DNA from: Actinomycetota bacterium | GTDB lineage: Bacteria > Actinomycetota > Thermoleophilia > UBA2241 | Assembly: GCA_012514235.1 (NCBI GenBank) | Contig: JAAZAR010000035.1 | Span: 6,997 to 70,996, forward strand | Length of the DNA stretch: 64,000 nt | Direction: 5' to 3' | In this document: positions 26,060 to 35,966 of the stretch, piece after piece | How positions within the stretch are numbered: the stretch's first letter is position 1 | Layout: each line of letters starts with the position of its first letter | Program-made: the position numbers and the translations under genes | The notes under the pieces: model-generated | The model's database searches: none | Seen by the model: the letters and a program-made list of their open reading frames with translations, nothing else | What the model was told of the DNA's origin: nothing

Positions 26060-26809
26060 TCAGGCGCGGGCGGCCGCGCTCAGTTCGGCCGCGGCCGCCT
26101 CGTCCAGCAGCCAGGTCAGCGTGCCGTGTGCCGGCGCCACGCCCTGCGCCGGCACGGCGATCGGCGCGCGCAGGCCCTCGATGACCTCGGCCACCATGCC
26201 GGCCTTGCCTGCGCCGCTCACGAGGAACCAGACCCGCCGCGCGGCGTTGATCACCGGCGCGGTGATGGTGAGGCGCGGCGACCCGTCCGGCGACTGCGTC
26301 GCCACGGCGAGGCGGTCGTCCACGGCGAGCGCTTCGCTGTGCGGGAACAGCGAGGCCGTATGACCGTCCGTCCCCAGCCCGAGCAGCACGAGGTCGAACA
26401 CGGGGACGTCGACCGCCGGACGTGACTGGGCGGCGAGAGCGCGCAGGTCCGTGTCGTAGGCCTGCGCGGCCACCTCGGGCTCGTCTTCTCCGCGCATGCG
26501 GTGCACGTTCTCAGCGGGGATGGGCACGTGCTTGATGAACGCGGCGTGCGCCATGCCGTAGTTGCTGGCCGCGTCGCCAGGCGGCACGCAGCGCTCGTCG
26601 CCCCAGTAGAGCTGCACGCGCCGCCAGGGGACCTTCTGGCTGAACTGCTGACGCGCGAGCAGCCTGTAGAGAGCGCGCGGGGTCTCGCCGCCGCTGAGGG
26701 CGACGGCGAAGCGGCCGCGCGCCGCCGCCGCCTCCTGGGCGGCAAGCGCGAACAGGTCTGCAGCGCGCAGGGCCAGCGCGTCCGCATCCGGCAGGATCTC
26801 GATGCTCAC
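26060..26809 (-). CDS. pgl: 6-phosphogluconolactonase
   Basis: Shows the glucosamine-6-P isomerase/6PGL family pattern (ALSGGETPRALY... GLGTDGHTASLFP). Its start overlaps the zwf stop (ATGA). Confidence 0.75.
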   Translation of the reverse strand: MSIEILPDADALALRAADLFALAAQEAAAARGRFAVALSGGETPRALYRLLARQQFSQKVPWRRVQLYWGDERCVPPGDAASNYGMAHAAFIKHVPIPAENVHRMRGEDEPEVAAQAYDTDLRALAAQSRPAVDVPVFDLVLLGLGTDGHTASLFPHSEALAVDDRLAVATQSPDGSPRLTITAPVINAARRVWFLVSGAGKAGMVAEVIEGLRAPIAVPAQGVAPAHGTLTWLLDEAAAAELSAAARA

Positions 26810-28476
26810 CTCTCGTCCCCCTTGGTCGGCCGACGCCAGGTGTGGCCGTCGCGGGCGATCAGCGCATCCGCCGCCTCAGGACCCCAGCTTCCGGCTTCGT
26901 AGATCGGTATGGAGCGCGGCGGCCGGCTGACCCACGCCTCGAGCACAGGGCCGACGATCCGCCAGGCCTCCTCGGCCTGGTCGCCACGCGTGAACAGGGT
27001 CATGTCGCCCTCCATCGCGTCGACGAGGACCGTCTCGTAGGCGCTGAAGGGCAGTTCGTTGAGCGTGGTGCCGTACGAGTAGTCCATGGCCACGGGCTGG
27101 AGAGCGACCGCGTGGCCGGGCACCTTCGACTCTATGGTCAGCGAGAAGCCCTCGTCCGGCTGCACGCGCAGGACGAGGACGTTCGGCTGCAGGCCGCCGC
27201 CGGCCATGGCGTCCCTGAAGAGCAGGACCGGCGGCCGCTTGAAGTGGATGGCGATCTCCGTGATGCGGCGCGCCATCCTCTTGCCGGTGCGCAGGTAGAA
27301 CGGCACGCCCTCCCAGCGCCAGTTGTCCACGAGGAGCTTGAGCGCCGCGTACGTCTCGGTGTAGGAATCCGCGGCGACGCGCTCCTCCTCGCGGTAGCCC
27401 GGCACCTGCTTGCCCTCCACCCTGCCGGCGACGTACTGCGCGCGGACCGCCCAGTCGTCCACGGCGTGAGCGGGGATGGGACGCACCGCGCGCAACACCT
27501 TCATCTTCTCGTCGCGGACGGCGTCCGCGTCGAAGGCCGCGGGCGGCTCCATCGCGACCAGCGAGAAGAGCTGGATGAGATGCGGCGTGATCATGTCGCG
27601 GAGGGCGCCGGCCTCCTCGTAGTACGGCGCCCGGTGCTCCACGCCGAGGGTCTCGGCCGCCGTGATCTCGACGTAGTCGACGTAGCGGCGGTTCCAGACC
27701 GGCTCGAAGATGACGTTGGCGAAGCGCAGGACCAGCAGGTTCTGCACCGTCTCCTTGGCCAGGTAGTGGTCGATGCGGTAGACCTGCCGCTCGTCGAACA
27801 CCTGCCCGATCACCCGGTCGAGGTCGCGTGCCGTCTCCAGGTCGCGGCCGAAGGGCTTCTCGATGACGATGCGCGTCCACCCCGGCCCGGCGCCGTCGCC
27901 CTGCCCGCGCCCGCCGCCCGTGGCGCCGGGCCGCGCCAGCCCCGCAGCGCCCAGCTGTTTCACGAGCACCGGGAACTGGCTGGGCGGGGTCGCGAGGTAG
28001 AACATGCGGTTGCCGCGCGACCCCCTCCCGTCGAGTTCGTCAAGCACCGCGGCAAGCCGTTTGAAGCCCTCCGGGTCGTCGAACTGCCCCTGCACGTAGC
28101 GGGGGCGGTGGAGGATGCGCTCGCACGTGTCGCCGTCGACGACCTCGACGCCGTAGTGGTCGTCGATGGCCTGCTGCATCAGGCTCCGGAAGGCCTCGTC
28201 GTCCATCGCCTGGCGTCCGTATCCGACGAGCGTCGTGCCGAACGGCAGGATGCCGTGACAGCCGAGGTCGTAAAGCGCCGGGATCAGCTTGCGGTGGGCG
28301 AGATCACCGGTGACCCCGAACATGACGAGGCTGCACGGATCGGGGTTCCGCTCGCCGCCGAACGGCGACGCCGCGGCGGCCGTCCTCGCCCTCCCCGTGA
28401 CGCGGACGCCGCTCTCGTCGCCGTAGTCCGGCTCGTCGTAGGTCAGGCGCCCGGCGGCGTCCCGCTCCACCGTCAC
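26806..28476 (-). CDS. zwf: Glucose-6-phosphate 1-dehydrogenase
   Basis: FGVTGDLAHRKLIPALYDL (NADP binding) and RIDHYLAKETVQNLLVLRFAN (active-site signature). Confidence 0.85.
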   Translation of the reverse strand: MTVERDAAGRLTYDEPDYGDESGVRVTGRARTAAAASPFGGERNPDPCSLVMFGVTGDLAHRKLIPALYDLGCHGILPFGTTLVGYGRQAMDDEAFRSLMQQAIDDHYGVEVVDGDTCERILHRPRYVQGQFDDPEGFKRLAAVLDELDGRGSRGNRMFYLATPPSQFPVLVKQLGAAGLARPGATGGGRGQGDGAGPGWTRIVIEKPFGRDLETARDLDRVIGQVFDERQVYRIDHYLAKETVQNLLVLRFANVIFEPVWNRRYVDYVEITAAETLGVEHRAPYYEEAGALRDMITPHLIQLFSLVAMEPPAAFDADAVRDEKMKVLRAVRPIPAHAVDDWAVRAQYVAGRVEGKQVPGYREEERVAADSYTETYAALKLLVDNWRWEGVPFYLRTGKRMARRITEIAIHFKRPPVLLFRDAMAGGGLQPNVLVLRVQPDEGFSLTIESKVPGHAVALQPVAMDYSYGTTLNELPFSAYETVLVDAMEGDMTLFTRGDQAEEAWRIVGPVLEAWVSRPPRSIPIYEAGSWGPEAADALIARDGHTWRRPTKGDER

Positions 28477-29375
28477 TCCTTCTCTCTCACGGCGTGGCCG
28501 CCGAACTCGTTGCGCAGGGCGGCGAGCACCTTGCCGCTGAAGGTGTCAGGCTGGCGCGAGCGGAAGCGCATGAAGAGCGCGGAGGCGATCGCCGGCATGG
28601 GCACGGCGTGGGCGATCGCCTGCTCCACCGTCCAGCGGCCCTCCCCCGTGTCCTCCACGTAGCCGCTGATCTTCTCGAGACCCGGATCCTTCTCGAAGGC
28701 GTCCGCGGCGAGCTCCAGCAGCCAGCTCCGCACGACACTGCCCTGGTTCCACAGGTCGGCGATCGCGGCGAGGTCGAGGTCCCATTCCGTCGCCTGGAGG
28801 AGCTCGAACCCCTCGGCGTAGGCCTGCATCAGCCCGTACTCGATGCCGTTGTGCACCATCTTCACGAAGTGGCCGGAGCCGTGGCCGCCCATGTAGTCGT
28901 AGCCGTGACCCGGAGGCGCCAGCGTCGCCAGCAGCGGTTCGATGTGCTCGTACGCCGACCGGTCGCCGCCGACCATGAGACAGTAGCCCACGTCGAGACC
29001 CCACACCCCGCCGCTGGTGCCGGCGTCGAGGTACCGGAGGCCCTTCTCCGAGAGTCGTGCGCCACGCTCGACGTCCAGCTGGTACGGCGAGTTGCCGCCG
29101 TCGACGAGGATGTCGCCCTCGGTCAGCAGCGGCGCGAGCTCGTCGATCGCCGCCTGGGTCGCGTCGCCGTAGGGAAGCATGATCCAGATCACGCGCGGAG
29201 CCTCGAGCGCCTCGACGACGTCGGTGAGTTCCCTGATGGGCTCGGCGCCCTCGGCACCGAGCTCTTCCGCCTTGGCATAGGTGCGGTTCCAGACAACCAC
29301 GCGGTGCCCGCCGCGGAGCAGCCGCCGCGCCATGTTGGCCCCCATGCGGCCCAGCCCGACCATCGCTACGTCCAT
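28473..29375 (-). CDS. gnd: 6-phosphogluconate dehydrogenase, decarboxylating, short (about 300 aa, YqeC-like) form
   Basis: Start at the internal ATG 29375 (MDVAMVGLGRMGANMARRL, Rossmann). Includes GGNS, GTSGG and HFVKMVHNGIEYG motifs. Its stop overlaps the zwf start. Confidence 0.75.
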   Translation of the reverse strand: MDVAMVGLGRMGANMARRLLRGGHRVVVWNRTYAKAEELGAEGAEPIRELTDVVEALEAPRVIWIMLPYGDATQAAIDELAPLLTEGDILVDGGNSPYQLDVERGARLSEKGLRYLDAGTSGGVWGLDVGYCLMVGGDRSAYEHIEPLLATLAPPGHGYDYMGGHGSGHFVKMVHNGIEYGLMQAYAEGFELLQATEWDLDLAAIADLWNQGSVVRSWLLELAADAFEKDPGLEKISGYVEDTGEGRWTVEQAIAHAVPMPAIASALFMRFRSRQPDTFSGKVLAALRNEFGGHAVREKE

Positions 29376-29412
29376 CTCGTCCTCCTCGTCGCGCCGGGAA
29401 AGGCCGGCGTCG

Positions 29413-31107
29413 TCATGTGACGGCGAGCGCGCCCTGCAGGACGGCGCGAAGCTGCTCCGCCCCCGCCGCTGCGTCGTCGCCGAGATCGACGCGGAGCGCA
29501 CGGCAGCCGTGCGCCCGCAGGGCGCCGAGATCGCCGCGCGCCTGCGCCCGCTTGAGCACGCCGAAGCTGTACGGCTGACCCGGGATGTCAACGTCGACCG
29601 GGTCCTGCCCGATGAGCTGCAGGAACAACCCTGTGTTCGGGCCGCCCTTGTGCAGCTGCCCTGTGGAGTGCAGGAACCGCGGACCGTAGCCCAGGGTGGT
29701 CGCGAGGCGGAGGCTGTCGCGGATCCGCAGACGCAGCGCCTGGAGGTGGTCCCAGACCGCCACTCCCGGCGCTACGTACGCCTGCAGCGCGACGTAGTCG
29801 CCCGGCCGCGCCTGACCGAGGAACTCGGCCAGCGCGGCCGGCAGATCGGGGTCGTCGACCGAGTAGGCCAGACGACCGTCCCCTTCCGGAAGGTCCTCGA
29901 GCAGCTCTCCGCTCGCGATGTAGCCGGCGAGCAGCCGCTTGGTGTTGTCCTTGCTCTCCTGCACGTTGGGCTGGTCGAACGGGTCGATGCCGAGGATGCG
30001 TCCCGCCGTGGCGACGGCGATCTCCCAGCGCAGGAACTCACCGCCGAGGCCGTACACGTCGTCGAGTTCGCGCCCCGTGACGGGGTGACCGGCCCTGGCG
30101 AGGTCCATGAGCTCGCCGGCATGGCCGGTCGCGGCGACGGACGCGAGGCCCACCGCCACGAAGACGCGGTCGTCGCCGTACGCGTCCGCGTCGCCGAGCA
30201 CCTCCAGGTCCACCGGGACGATCCCGGTCCCGTCCTTGCCGGTGCTCTCGGCGACGAGCTGCTCGACCCAGGCGCCGAGCGGCCGCAGCCGGGGCTCGGC
30301 GACGAACGTGAGCTTGTCGCGGCCGGCGAGCGCCGCCTCGCCGAGCATCGCGCCGAGGCGCAGGGCCGGGTTCTCGCTCGCCGGCACGTCCGGACCGCAC
30401 TCCACTGCAACCGCGCGCGCACCGTCCAGCAGGCGCTCGAGGTCCACCCCCATGAGCGCCGCGGGCACCATGCCGAAGAAGCTCAGAGCCGAGAAGCGGC
30501 CGCCGATGTCGGACGGGTTCACGAAGACGGCGCGGAAGCCCTGGTCGAGCGCCTCCCGTTGGAGCGAGGTGCCCTCGTCGGTGACCGCCACGAAGTGGCG
30601 GCCGGCGTGCTCGCCGTCCAGCTCCCTGAGGCGGTCGTAGAAGTAGGCGTGGAAGCTGGCCGTCTCCGTGGTGCCGCCGGACTTGCTCGAGACGACGAAG
30701 AGCGTCGTCTCGAGATCCACGGCGGCCTCCACCGCCAGCACGGCGGCCGGGTCCGTCGAGTCGAGCACGTGCAGGTCCAGGTAGCCCTCGCGTACGCCGA
30801 GCACCTCCCGCATCACCTCGGGTGCGAGGCTCGACCCGCCCATGCCCAGCAGCACCGTCGAGCGGTAGCCCTCGCCGCGCAGCTCGTCCACGAACTCCAC
30901 GAGGCCGGGGACCTGATCGCGGACCCCCTCGAAGACGCTGAGCCAGCCGAGGGATGCCCGGACGATCCGCTGGTGCTCCTCGTCGTCCGGCTTCCACAGG
31001 CTCGCGTCGGCCTCCCAGAGACGCCGGCTGTAGCCGTCCGTGTCCAGCGCCTCGAGACGCCTGCCTACGGCGGCATCCAGCCAGGCAGGCAGCAACCACT
31101 GGTCCAT
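29413..31107 (-). CDS. pgi: Glucose-6-phosphate isomerase
   Basis: 564-aa SIS-domain protein (LLGMGGSSLAPE, VVSSKSGGTTE). It sits between tal and gnd. Confidence 0.75.
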   Translation of the reverse strand: MDQWLLPAWLDAAVGRRLEALDTDGYSRRLWEADASLWKPDDEEHQRIVRASLGWLSVFEGVRDQVPGLVEFVDELRGEGYRSTVLLGMGGSSLAPEVMREVLGVREGYLDLHVLDSTDPAAVLAVEAAVDLETTLFVVSSKSGGTTETASFHAYFYDRLRELDGEHAGRHFVAVTDEGTSLQREALDQGFRAVFVNPSDIGGRFSALSFFGMVPAALMGVDLERLLDGARAVAVECGPDVPASENPALRLGAMLGEAALAGRDKLTFVAEPRLRPLGAWVEQLVAESTGKDGTGIVPVDLEVLGDADAYGDDRVFVAVGLASVAATGHAGELMDLARAGHPVTGRELDDVYGLGGEFLRWEIAVATAGRILGIDPFDQPNVQESKDNTKRLLAGYIASGELLEDLPEGDGRLAYSVDDPDLPAALAEFLGQARPGDYVALQAYVAPGVAVWDHLQALRLRIRDSLRLATTLGYGPRFLHSTGQLHKGGPNTGLFLQLIGQDPVDVDIPGQPYSFGVLKRAQARGDLGALRAHGCRALRVDLGDDAAAGAEQLRAVLQGALAVT

Positions 31108-31108
31108 C

Positions 31109-32269
31109 TCAGCCCCCTTCGGCGGCGAGGATCTGGGCGCGCTTCTCCTCCACCATGTCCACCGCGCGGTCGAACGCCTCGATGAACAGGTCGATACCCT
31201 CGTTCTGGAGCTGGGCGCCCACCCGTTCCAGGTCGATGCCCACCTGACTCAGTTCCCGCAGGAGGCGGTGCGCGTCGTCGATGCGCCGGTCCACGCTCCG
31301 GGCGACCGTGCCGTGGTCCCTGAACGCCTCCCACGTCTGCTCCGGCATGGTGTTCACGGTGTGCTCGCCGATGAGCTCGTCGACGTACAGCGTGTCGCGA
31401 TAGTCCGGGTTCTTCACGCCGGTGCTGGCCCAGAGCACGCGCTGGACCTTCGCGCCGGAGGCAGCGATGAGCTGCCACTCCCGACTGTTCAGGTAGCTGC
31501 GGAAGCGCTCGTACGCCACCCGCGCGTTGGCCACGCCCGCGCGACCCTTCATCGACTGCAGACGCCGCCGCTCCGTCTCGTCGGCAGCGGCCGCTGCTTT
31601 CTCGTCCAGCAGCTTGTCCACCAGCGTGTCGACGCGGGAGACGAAGAAGCTCGCCACCGACGACGTGGCGCGGATGGTCTCGTCGGCGTGCAGACGGTAC
31701 TCCAAGGCTTCGAGGTACGCGTCGGCGACCGCCTCGTACTGGCTGAGCGAGAAGAGCAGCGTGATGTTGATGTTGAGGCCGTCCTTGAGGCACTCGAGGA
31801 TGGCCGGGACACCCTCGCGAGTGCCCGGGATCTTGACGAGCACGTTGGGCCGGTCGACGGCGGCGAACAGGCGGTGCGCCTCCTCCGCCGACTTCTGCGT
31901 GTCGCGCGCGACGTGGGGCGATACCTCGATGCTCACGAACCCGTCCTCGCCGCCGCTGGCGAGGTAGACGGGGGCGAGGACGTCGCAGGCCGCCCGTACG
32001 TCGTCGATGATGAGGCGATCGAGGATCTCGAAGGAGGTGAGCCCCTGGCGAGCCAGGAGCTGGATGGCTTCGTCATAGTCCTTGCCGCCACCGATGGACT
32101 TCTCGAAGATGGCGGGGTTGGTCGTGACGCCTCCCAGGCCGTCGCGGTCGACCATCTTCTTGAGGCCGCCGCGCTGGATGAGATCCCGGTCGATGTGATC
32201 GAGCCACGGGCTCTGACCCAGACGGTGGAGCTCGGCGAGCCGGCTCTCGGCAGGGGGCACGGCGATCAC
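31109..32269 (-). CDS. tal: Transaldolase
   Basis: GQSPWLDHIDRDLI... TTNPAI... VLVKIPGT are hallmark transaldolase motifs; GTG start. Confidence 0.8.
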   Translation of the reverse strand: MIAVPPAESRLAELHRLGQSPWLDHIDRDLIQRGGLKKMVDRDGLGGVTTNPAIFEKSIGGGKDYDEAIQLLARQGLTSFEILDRLIIDDVRAACDVLAPVYLASGGEDGFVSIEVSPHVARDTQKSAEEAHRLFAAVDRPNVLVKIPGTREGVPAILECLKDGLNINITLLFSLSQYEAVADAYLEALEYRLHADETIRATSSVASFFVSRVDTLVDKLLDEKAAAAADETERRRLQSMKGRAGVANARVAYERFRSYLNSREWQLIAASGAKVQRVLWASTGVKNPDYRDTLYVDELIGEHTVNTMPEQTWEAFRDHGTVARSVDRRIDDAHRLLRELSQVGIDLERVGAQLQNEGIDLFIEAFDRAVDMVEEKRAQILAAEGG

Positions 32270-32419
32270 TCTCCTTTCGTCGGACTGAAGCCCGGCCGTT
32301 CTGGTGTCACGGATGCTGCGACGGCCGCGCGGACCGCCGGCGCTGCGGCGCCGGCCCTCCGCGCGGCCTTCAGACTAGTCAATTACCCCGGTGGCCGGAT
32401 TTCAAGGATGAGAACGAAC

Positions 32420-32779
32420 TCAATAGTCGCCGCTCTCCGGGACGATGCACACGAAGGAGAGCGGCCCGTCCGCCCCCGCCCTGAACTGGTGCTCGTGGTT
32501 GGACGGCACGTAGGCGTACGAGCCGGGCTCGAGTTCGTGCTCGACGCCGTCGAGGACCAGCACCCCCCTGCCGCCGGCGACGAAGTTGATGTGCGGCCAG
32601 TCGTGGTTGTGTCTGGGCGTGTGCCCGCCCGGCTCGATGTCGAACAGGCGCATCACCCACCCGTCCCACCCCTGCTCGGGCGAGACCAGCACACGCTTGA
32701 CGACGCCCTCGATACCGTCGCCGGACAGCTTCGTCGCGGCGACGTCGTCCTTGCTCCCTACCACCCAGCGGTCGCTCAT
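32420..32779 (-). CDS. Cupin-domain protein
   Basis: Start at the internal ATG (MSDRWVV...). The two-His cupin motif reads GGHTPRHNHDWPH ... PSNHEH. Confidence 0.5.
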   Translation of the reverse strand: MSDRWVVGSKDDVAATKLSGDGIEGVVKRVLVSPEQGWDGWVMRLFDIEPGGHTPRHNHDWPHINFVAGGRGVLVLDGVEHELEPGSYAYVPSNHEHQFRAGADGPLSFVCIVPESGDY

Positions 32780-32920
32780 GCGCACTCCTCGGTCACGTCT
32801 TCGTCTGGCGCACTGTACCCGTCCGGACGCGGCCAGGCACCTCGCCTCCGGCGTCACGCATCACGAGCTGCCCCGGTGACGCCTCCCGGCGACTCCGGCG
32901 GCTCGCCGCCCCTCGCACGC

Positions 32921-33433
32921 TCACGTTCGTCCATCCTGCCGTCCGGCCGAACGCTGCATGAACCAGACGTCCGGCAAGGGCGGGTCCTCCGGCGGCGGAT
33001 CGGCGCGGACAAAGCCCAGCCGGGTGTAGAGCCTCGTCGCCACGACATTGTCGCTGCAGACGTACAACGTGACGCGCCGAAACCCGGCAGCCGCGGCACG
33101 CGCGAGCACGACCTCGACGAGCGCCCTGCCAAGCCCACGCCCCCGAGCGTCCGGGCGGACGACCACGCGCGCCAAGTGTGCGCGCTCAGGACCGCGCGGG
33201 ACGGCCTGGCCGAAGGCGGCGAGGCCGTCCCCGTCGACGAGCGCGACGTTGACGGCGGCGGCCATCTCGATCTCCTCGCGCAGCCGCTTCGGCTCGATGG
33301 GATAGGAGACTCGTGGTCCTGCCCAGCGCCGGCACTCCTCCCGTGTCCCGATCCATGAAGCGACGATCGCGAGGTCGTCGGCCGCAGCGCGTCTCGTCGC
33401 CGTCGAGGTCGATGATGACCCACCTTCCGTCAT
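32921..33433 (-). CDS. GNAT-family N-acetyltransferase
   Basis: Acetyl-CoA-binding core RGRGLGRALVEVVLARAAAAGFRRVTLYV. Confidence 0.6.
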   Translation of the reverse strand: MTEGGSSSTSTATRRAAADDLAIVASWIGTREECRRWAGPRVSYPIEPKRLREEIEMAAAVNVALVDGDGLAAFGQAVPRGPERAHLARVVVRPDARGRGLGRALVEVVLARAAAAGFRRVTLYVCSDNVVATRLYTRLGFVRADPPPEDPPLPDVWFMQRSAGRQDGRT

Positions 33434-33458
33434 GGTACGTCGTCCTTCACAGACACCA

Positions 33459-34265
33459 TCAGCGCGGCATCAGGGCGAACACCCCCCAGCCCAGGTACTC
33501 CCGAGTGAAGGTGGCGTAGCGCTCGGGCTCGGAGGTCAGCTGGGCTCGAACCTCGTCGGCGAGCTCGTCGTCGGGATTCGCCTCGAGCCATCGGCGCATG
33601 GTGAGCCACTTGGCCGCCTCGTATCTGTCCCAGCCGTCCTGGTCGGCCAGGACCATCTCCACCACGTCGTAGCCGAGCTCGCCGAAGGAGGCGAGCAGTC
33701 CCGGAAGCGTAAGGTACTCGGAGGCCGAATGGGCGCCACATCCTGTAGCGACCTCCTCCGTCGGCGGCGACTGCCGCCAGTACGGCTCGCCGACGAGGAT
33801 GATCCCTCCGTCGAGGAGGCTCCGCGCCAGAAGCTCGATGGTGCCGGCGACGCCGCCGCCGATCCACGTGGCGCCGACGCACGCCGCCACGTCGGCCTTC
33901 TCGTCGGCGACGTACCCGGCGGCGTCGCCGTGGACGAACGCCACTGCGTCGGCGACGCCGAGTTCCTCAGCGCGGAGCCTCGCCTGTTCCGTGAACAGCC
34001 TGCTCATATCGACACCGGTGCCGACGATGCCGTGATCCCGTGCCCAGGTGCACAGCATCTCCCCCGAGCCGCTGCCGAGGTCGAGCACCCGAGCCCCGGG
34101 CTCCAGGCGCAGCGCCGCGCCGAGGGTGGCGAGCTTGTCGGGTGTGATCGGGTTGTGGATGCGGTGCGCGCTCTCGGTGATGGTGAAGATGCGTGGGATG
34201 TCCACAGCGGAGGTTCCCTTCTGCGAGTGTCTGGATTCGATCGTTCCGTCTGCTGCCGCCTGCAC
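33459..34265 (-). CDS. Class I SAM-dependent methyltransferase
   Basis: Motif I VLDLGSGSGEM; Rossmann-like methyltransferase fold. Confidence 0.6.
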   Translation of the reverse strand: MQAAADGTIESRHSQKGTSAVDIPRIFTITESAHRIHNPITPDKLATLGAALRLEPGARVLDLGSGSGEMLCTWARDHGIVGTGVDMSRLFTEQARLRAEELGVADAVAFVHGDAAGYVADEKADVAACVGATWIGGGVAGTIELLARSLLDGGIILVGEPYWRQSPPTEEVATGCGAHSASEYLTLPGLLASFGELGYDVVEMVLADQDGWDRYEAAKWLTMRRWLEANPDDELADEVRAQLTSEPERYATFTREYLGWGVFALMPR

Positions 34266-34297
34266 CTAGACCATAGCGCAGGCTCACGATGAGACGT

Positions 34298-34465
34298 CAG
34301 TTCGCGCCGAAGGGCGTGGCGATGGTCGCGAGAAATGAACGGATGGCGCCTTCGACCTCGTCCGGCTTGGCCAGGAACACGTAGTGCGGGGCCCCGTGCA
34401 CCTCGACCATCTTCGCGTGGGGAGCCTTCCGCCTGAAGGAGGCCCGGACGCGGGCAAAGGTGGCC
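34298..34465 (-). pseudogene. C-terminal remnant of an alpha/beta-hydrolase gene, cut by an in-frame TAG
   Basis: Minus-strand frame reads *ATFARVRASFRRKAPHAKMVEVHGAPHYVFLAKPDEVEGAIRSFLATIATPFGAN*. This is a typical alpha/beta-hydrolase C-terminus, but only about 55 codons long and with a stop directly upstream. Confidence 0.3.
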
Positions 34466-34966
34466 TACTGCTGGGCGCACCAGCTGCGCTTCTCATGGCG
34501 CCTCGGTCGACCACGCATTCGGGGTCATGCTCGGGGTGGCGGCACTGTCGTTGGGGCGCTGGTAGAGGATGCGGACTCCTGGACCTGCCGGGTCGGTGAG
34601 CAGCAACTCTCCCGAGTCTGGCTGTCGGGTGAGGTACATCTCCCTGCCGACCTGGGGCTCCGCCCCCGCCCAGAGCCGACGAACGGGTCTTGCTCGCCGC
34701 CGCAGCCCGACGCGAGGAGCGGCAAGGCTACGAGGAAGACGCCGTAAGAGGCGAGCCAGCCTGGTCCGTTTGCTGGGCCCACGGCTCACTGACCTGGCAC
34801 CGACGCCGAGTCGACACCGGTGAGACCGGTGAGCACCTCACGCTCGTCCGTCGGCTTGACGACGGACCACGACTCTCCGCCGTCGGCGGTACAGAGGAGT
34901 GCGTCGTGGCCGATGAGCGCCCAGCCGTGCTTCGGATCGCTGAATGACACCCGCTTCAGCTCGAAG

Positions 34967-35581
34967 TCACGGCCGGGGTCCTGCGCCGACCAGGTCGTGC
35001 CGCCGTCGCTGGTCGCGACCATGGTGCCAGGCAACGCCCAGCAGGCGAGAGCGACGCCAGAAGGTGACGGTGGTCACCGCCGCGCCCAGGGCGACGCCGA
35101 GAAGCGGGACCACTATCGCCGCGAGTGAGAAGACGAGGTAGACGGGGTACGAGCGCCCGGGAGCGACGAACGGGATCACGGCGACCAGGACGACCGCGAC
35201 GGGGATGAGCAGCCAGAGGAAGCGCACTCGCGCCGGGCGCCGCATCAGCGCGGCGACGATGCCGATCCCGAGGCAGGCGAGCACGAGCATCGCGGCCAGG
35301 AGCGGCCAGCCGTGGCCGGCGTAGAGGCGCGCCACCTGGGGGTGCGAGTAGGCGCCGAGTCCGAAGCCGGCGAAGACCGCGGGCAGCAGCGGCGCGGACC
35401 ACGCGAAGCCGACGGCAAGCAGCTGCGCGAACCGCCCCACGTCCCCTCCGAGCAGGGCGCCCTCGGACGGCCTGACGGCCGGCTCGTTCACGAGCCGCGC
35501 CTCCGTTCGGGCGGGTCCGTCCAACGGACCGCGGATCGGCGGCGAGGACTCACTCACGCTGCGGCCTTCCGGAGTCGCCAT
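34967..35581 (-). CDS. Hypothetical integral membrane protein
   Basis: Several predicted TM helices; no recognisable family; start uncertain. Confidence 0.35.
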   Translation of the reverse strand: MATPEGRSVSESSPPIRGPLDGPARTEARLVNEPAVRPSEGALLGGDVGRFAQLLAVGFAWSAPLLPAVFAGFGLGAYSHPQVARLYAGHGWPLLAAMLVLACLGIGIVAALMRRPARVRFLWLLIPVAVVLVAVIPFVAPGRSYPVYLVFSLAAIVVPLLGVALGAAVTTVTFWRRSRLLGVAWHHGRDQRRRHDLVGAGPRP

Positions 35582-35966
35582 CAGTCGGCGCCTGGCGCAC
35601 CGGTGACGAGGCGAGGACGCTGACGATCAGCAGAAGGACGGCAGGAACGTAGGCGACGCCGATCGACAAGAGACCGAGGAGCGCGAAGACGGCGAGGAGC
35701 ACGGCGGCGATGATGAGCGGCGTCCGGTGATGCCGAGCTGCGGCCCACGCCGCCAGGGCGCAGAGCAGCACCGGGACGATGAGCGGCCAGACGCTTGAGA
35801 GCGAGAGCGTGAAGACGCGCTCTCTGGTCTCGACCTCCGCGCCCGATGAGGAGGCACCGACGGACGTGCCAAGCGGCAGGAGGTAGAGCAGCACGCCGAC
35901 CACGACCGACCAGAGGAGTCCGGCGGCGGCGAGGTAGAACGCGAGTCTCCAGTCACGCCAGTTCAC
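35550..35966 (-). CDS. Hypothetical integral membrane protein (4 TM)
   Basis: 138-aa hydrophobic ORF directly upstream of, and overlapping, the 34967..35581 membrane ORF. Confidence 0.4.
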   Translation of the reverse strand: MNWRDWRLAFYLAAAGLLWSVVVGVLLYLLPLGTSVGASSSGAEVETRERVFTLSLSSVWPLIVPVLLCALAAWAAARHHRTPLIIAAVLLAVFALLGLLSIGVAYVPAVLLLIVSVLASSPVRQAPTDGDSGRPQRE

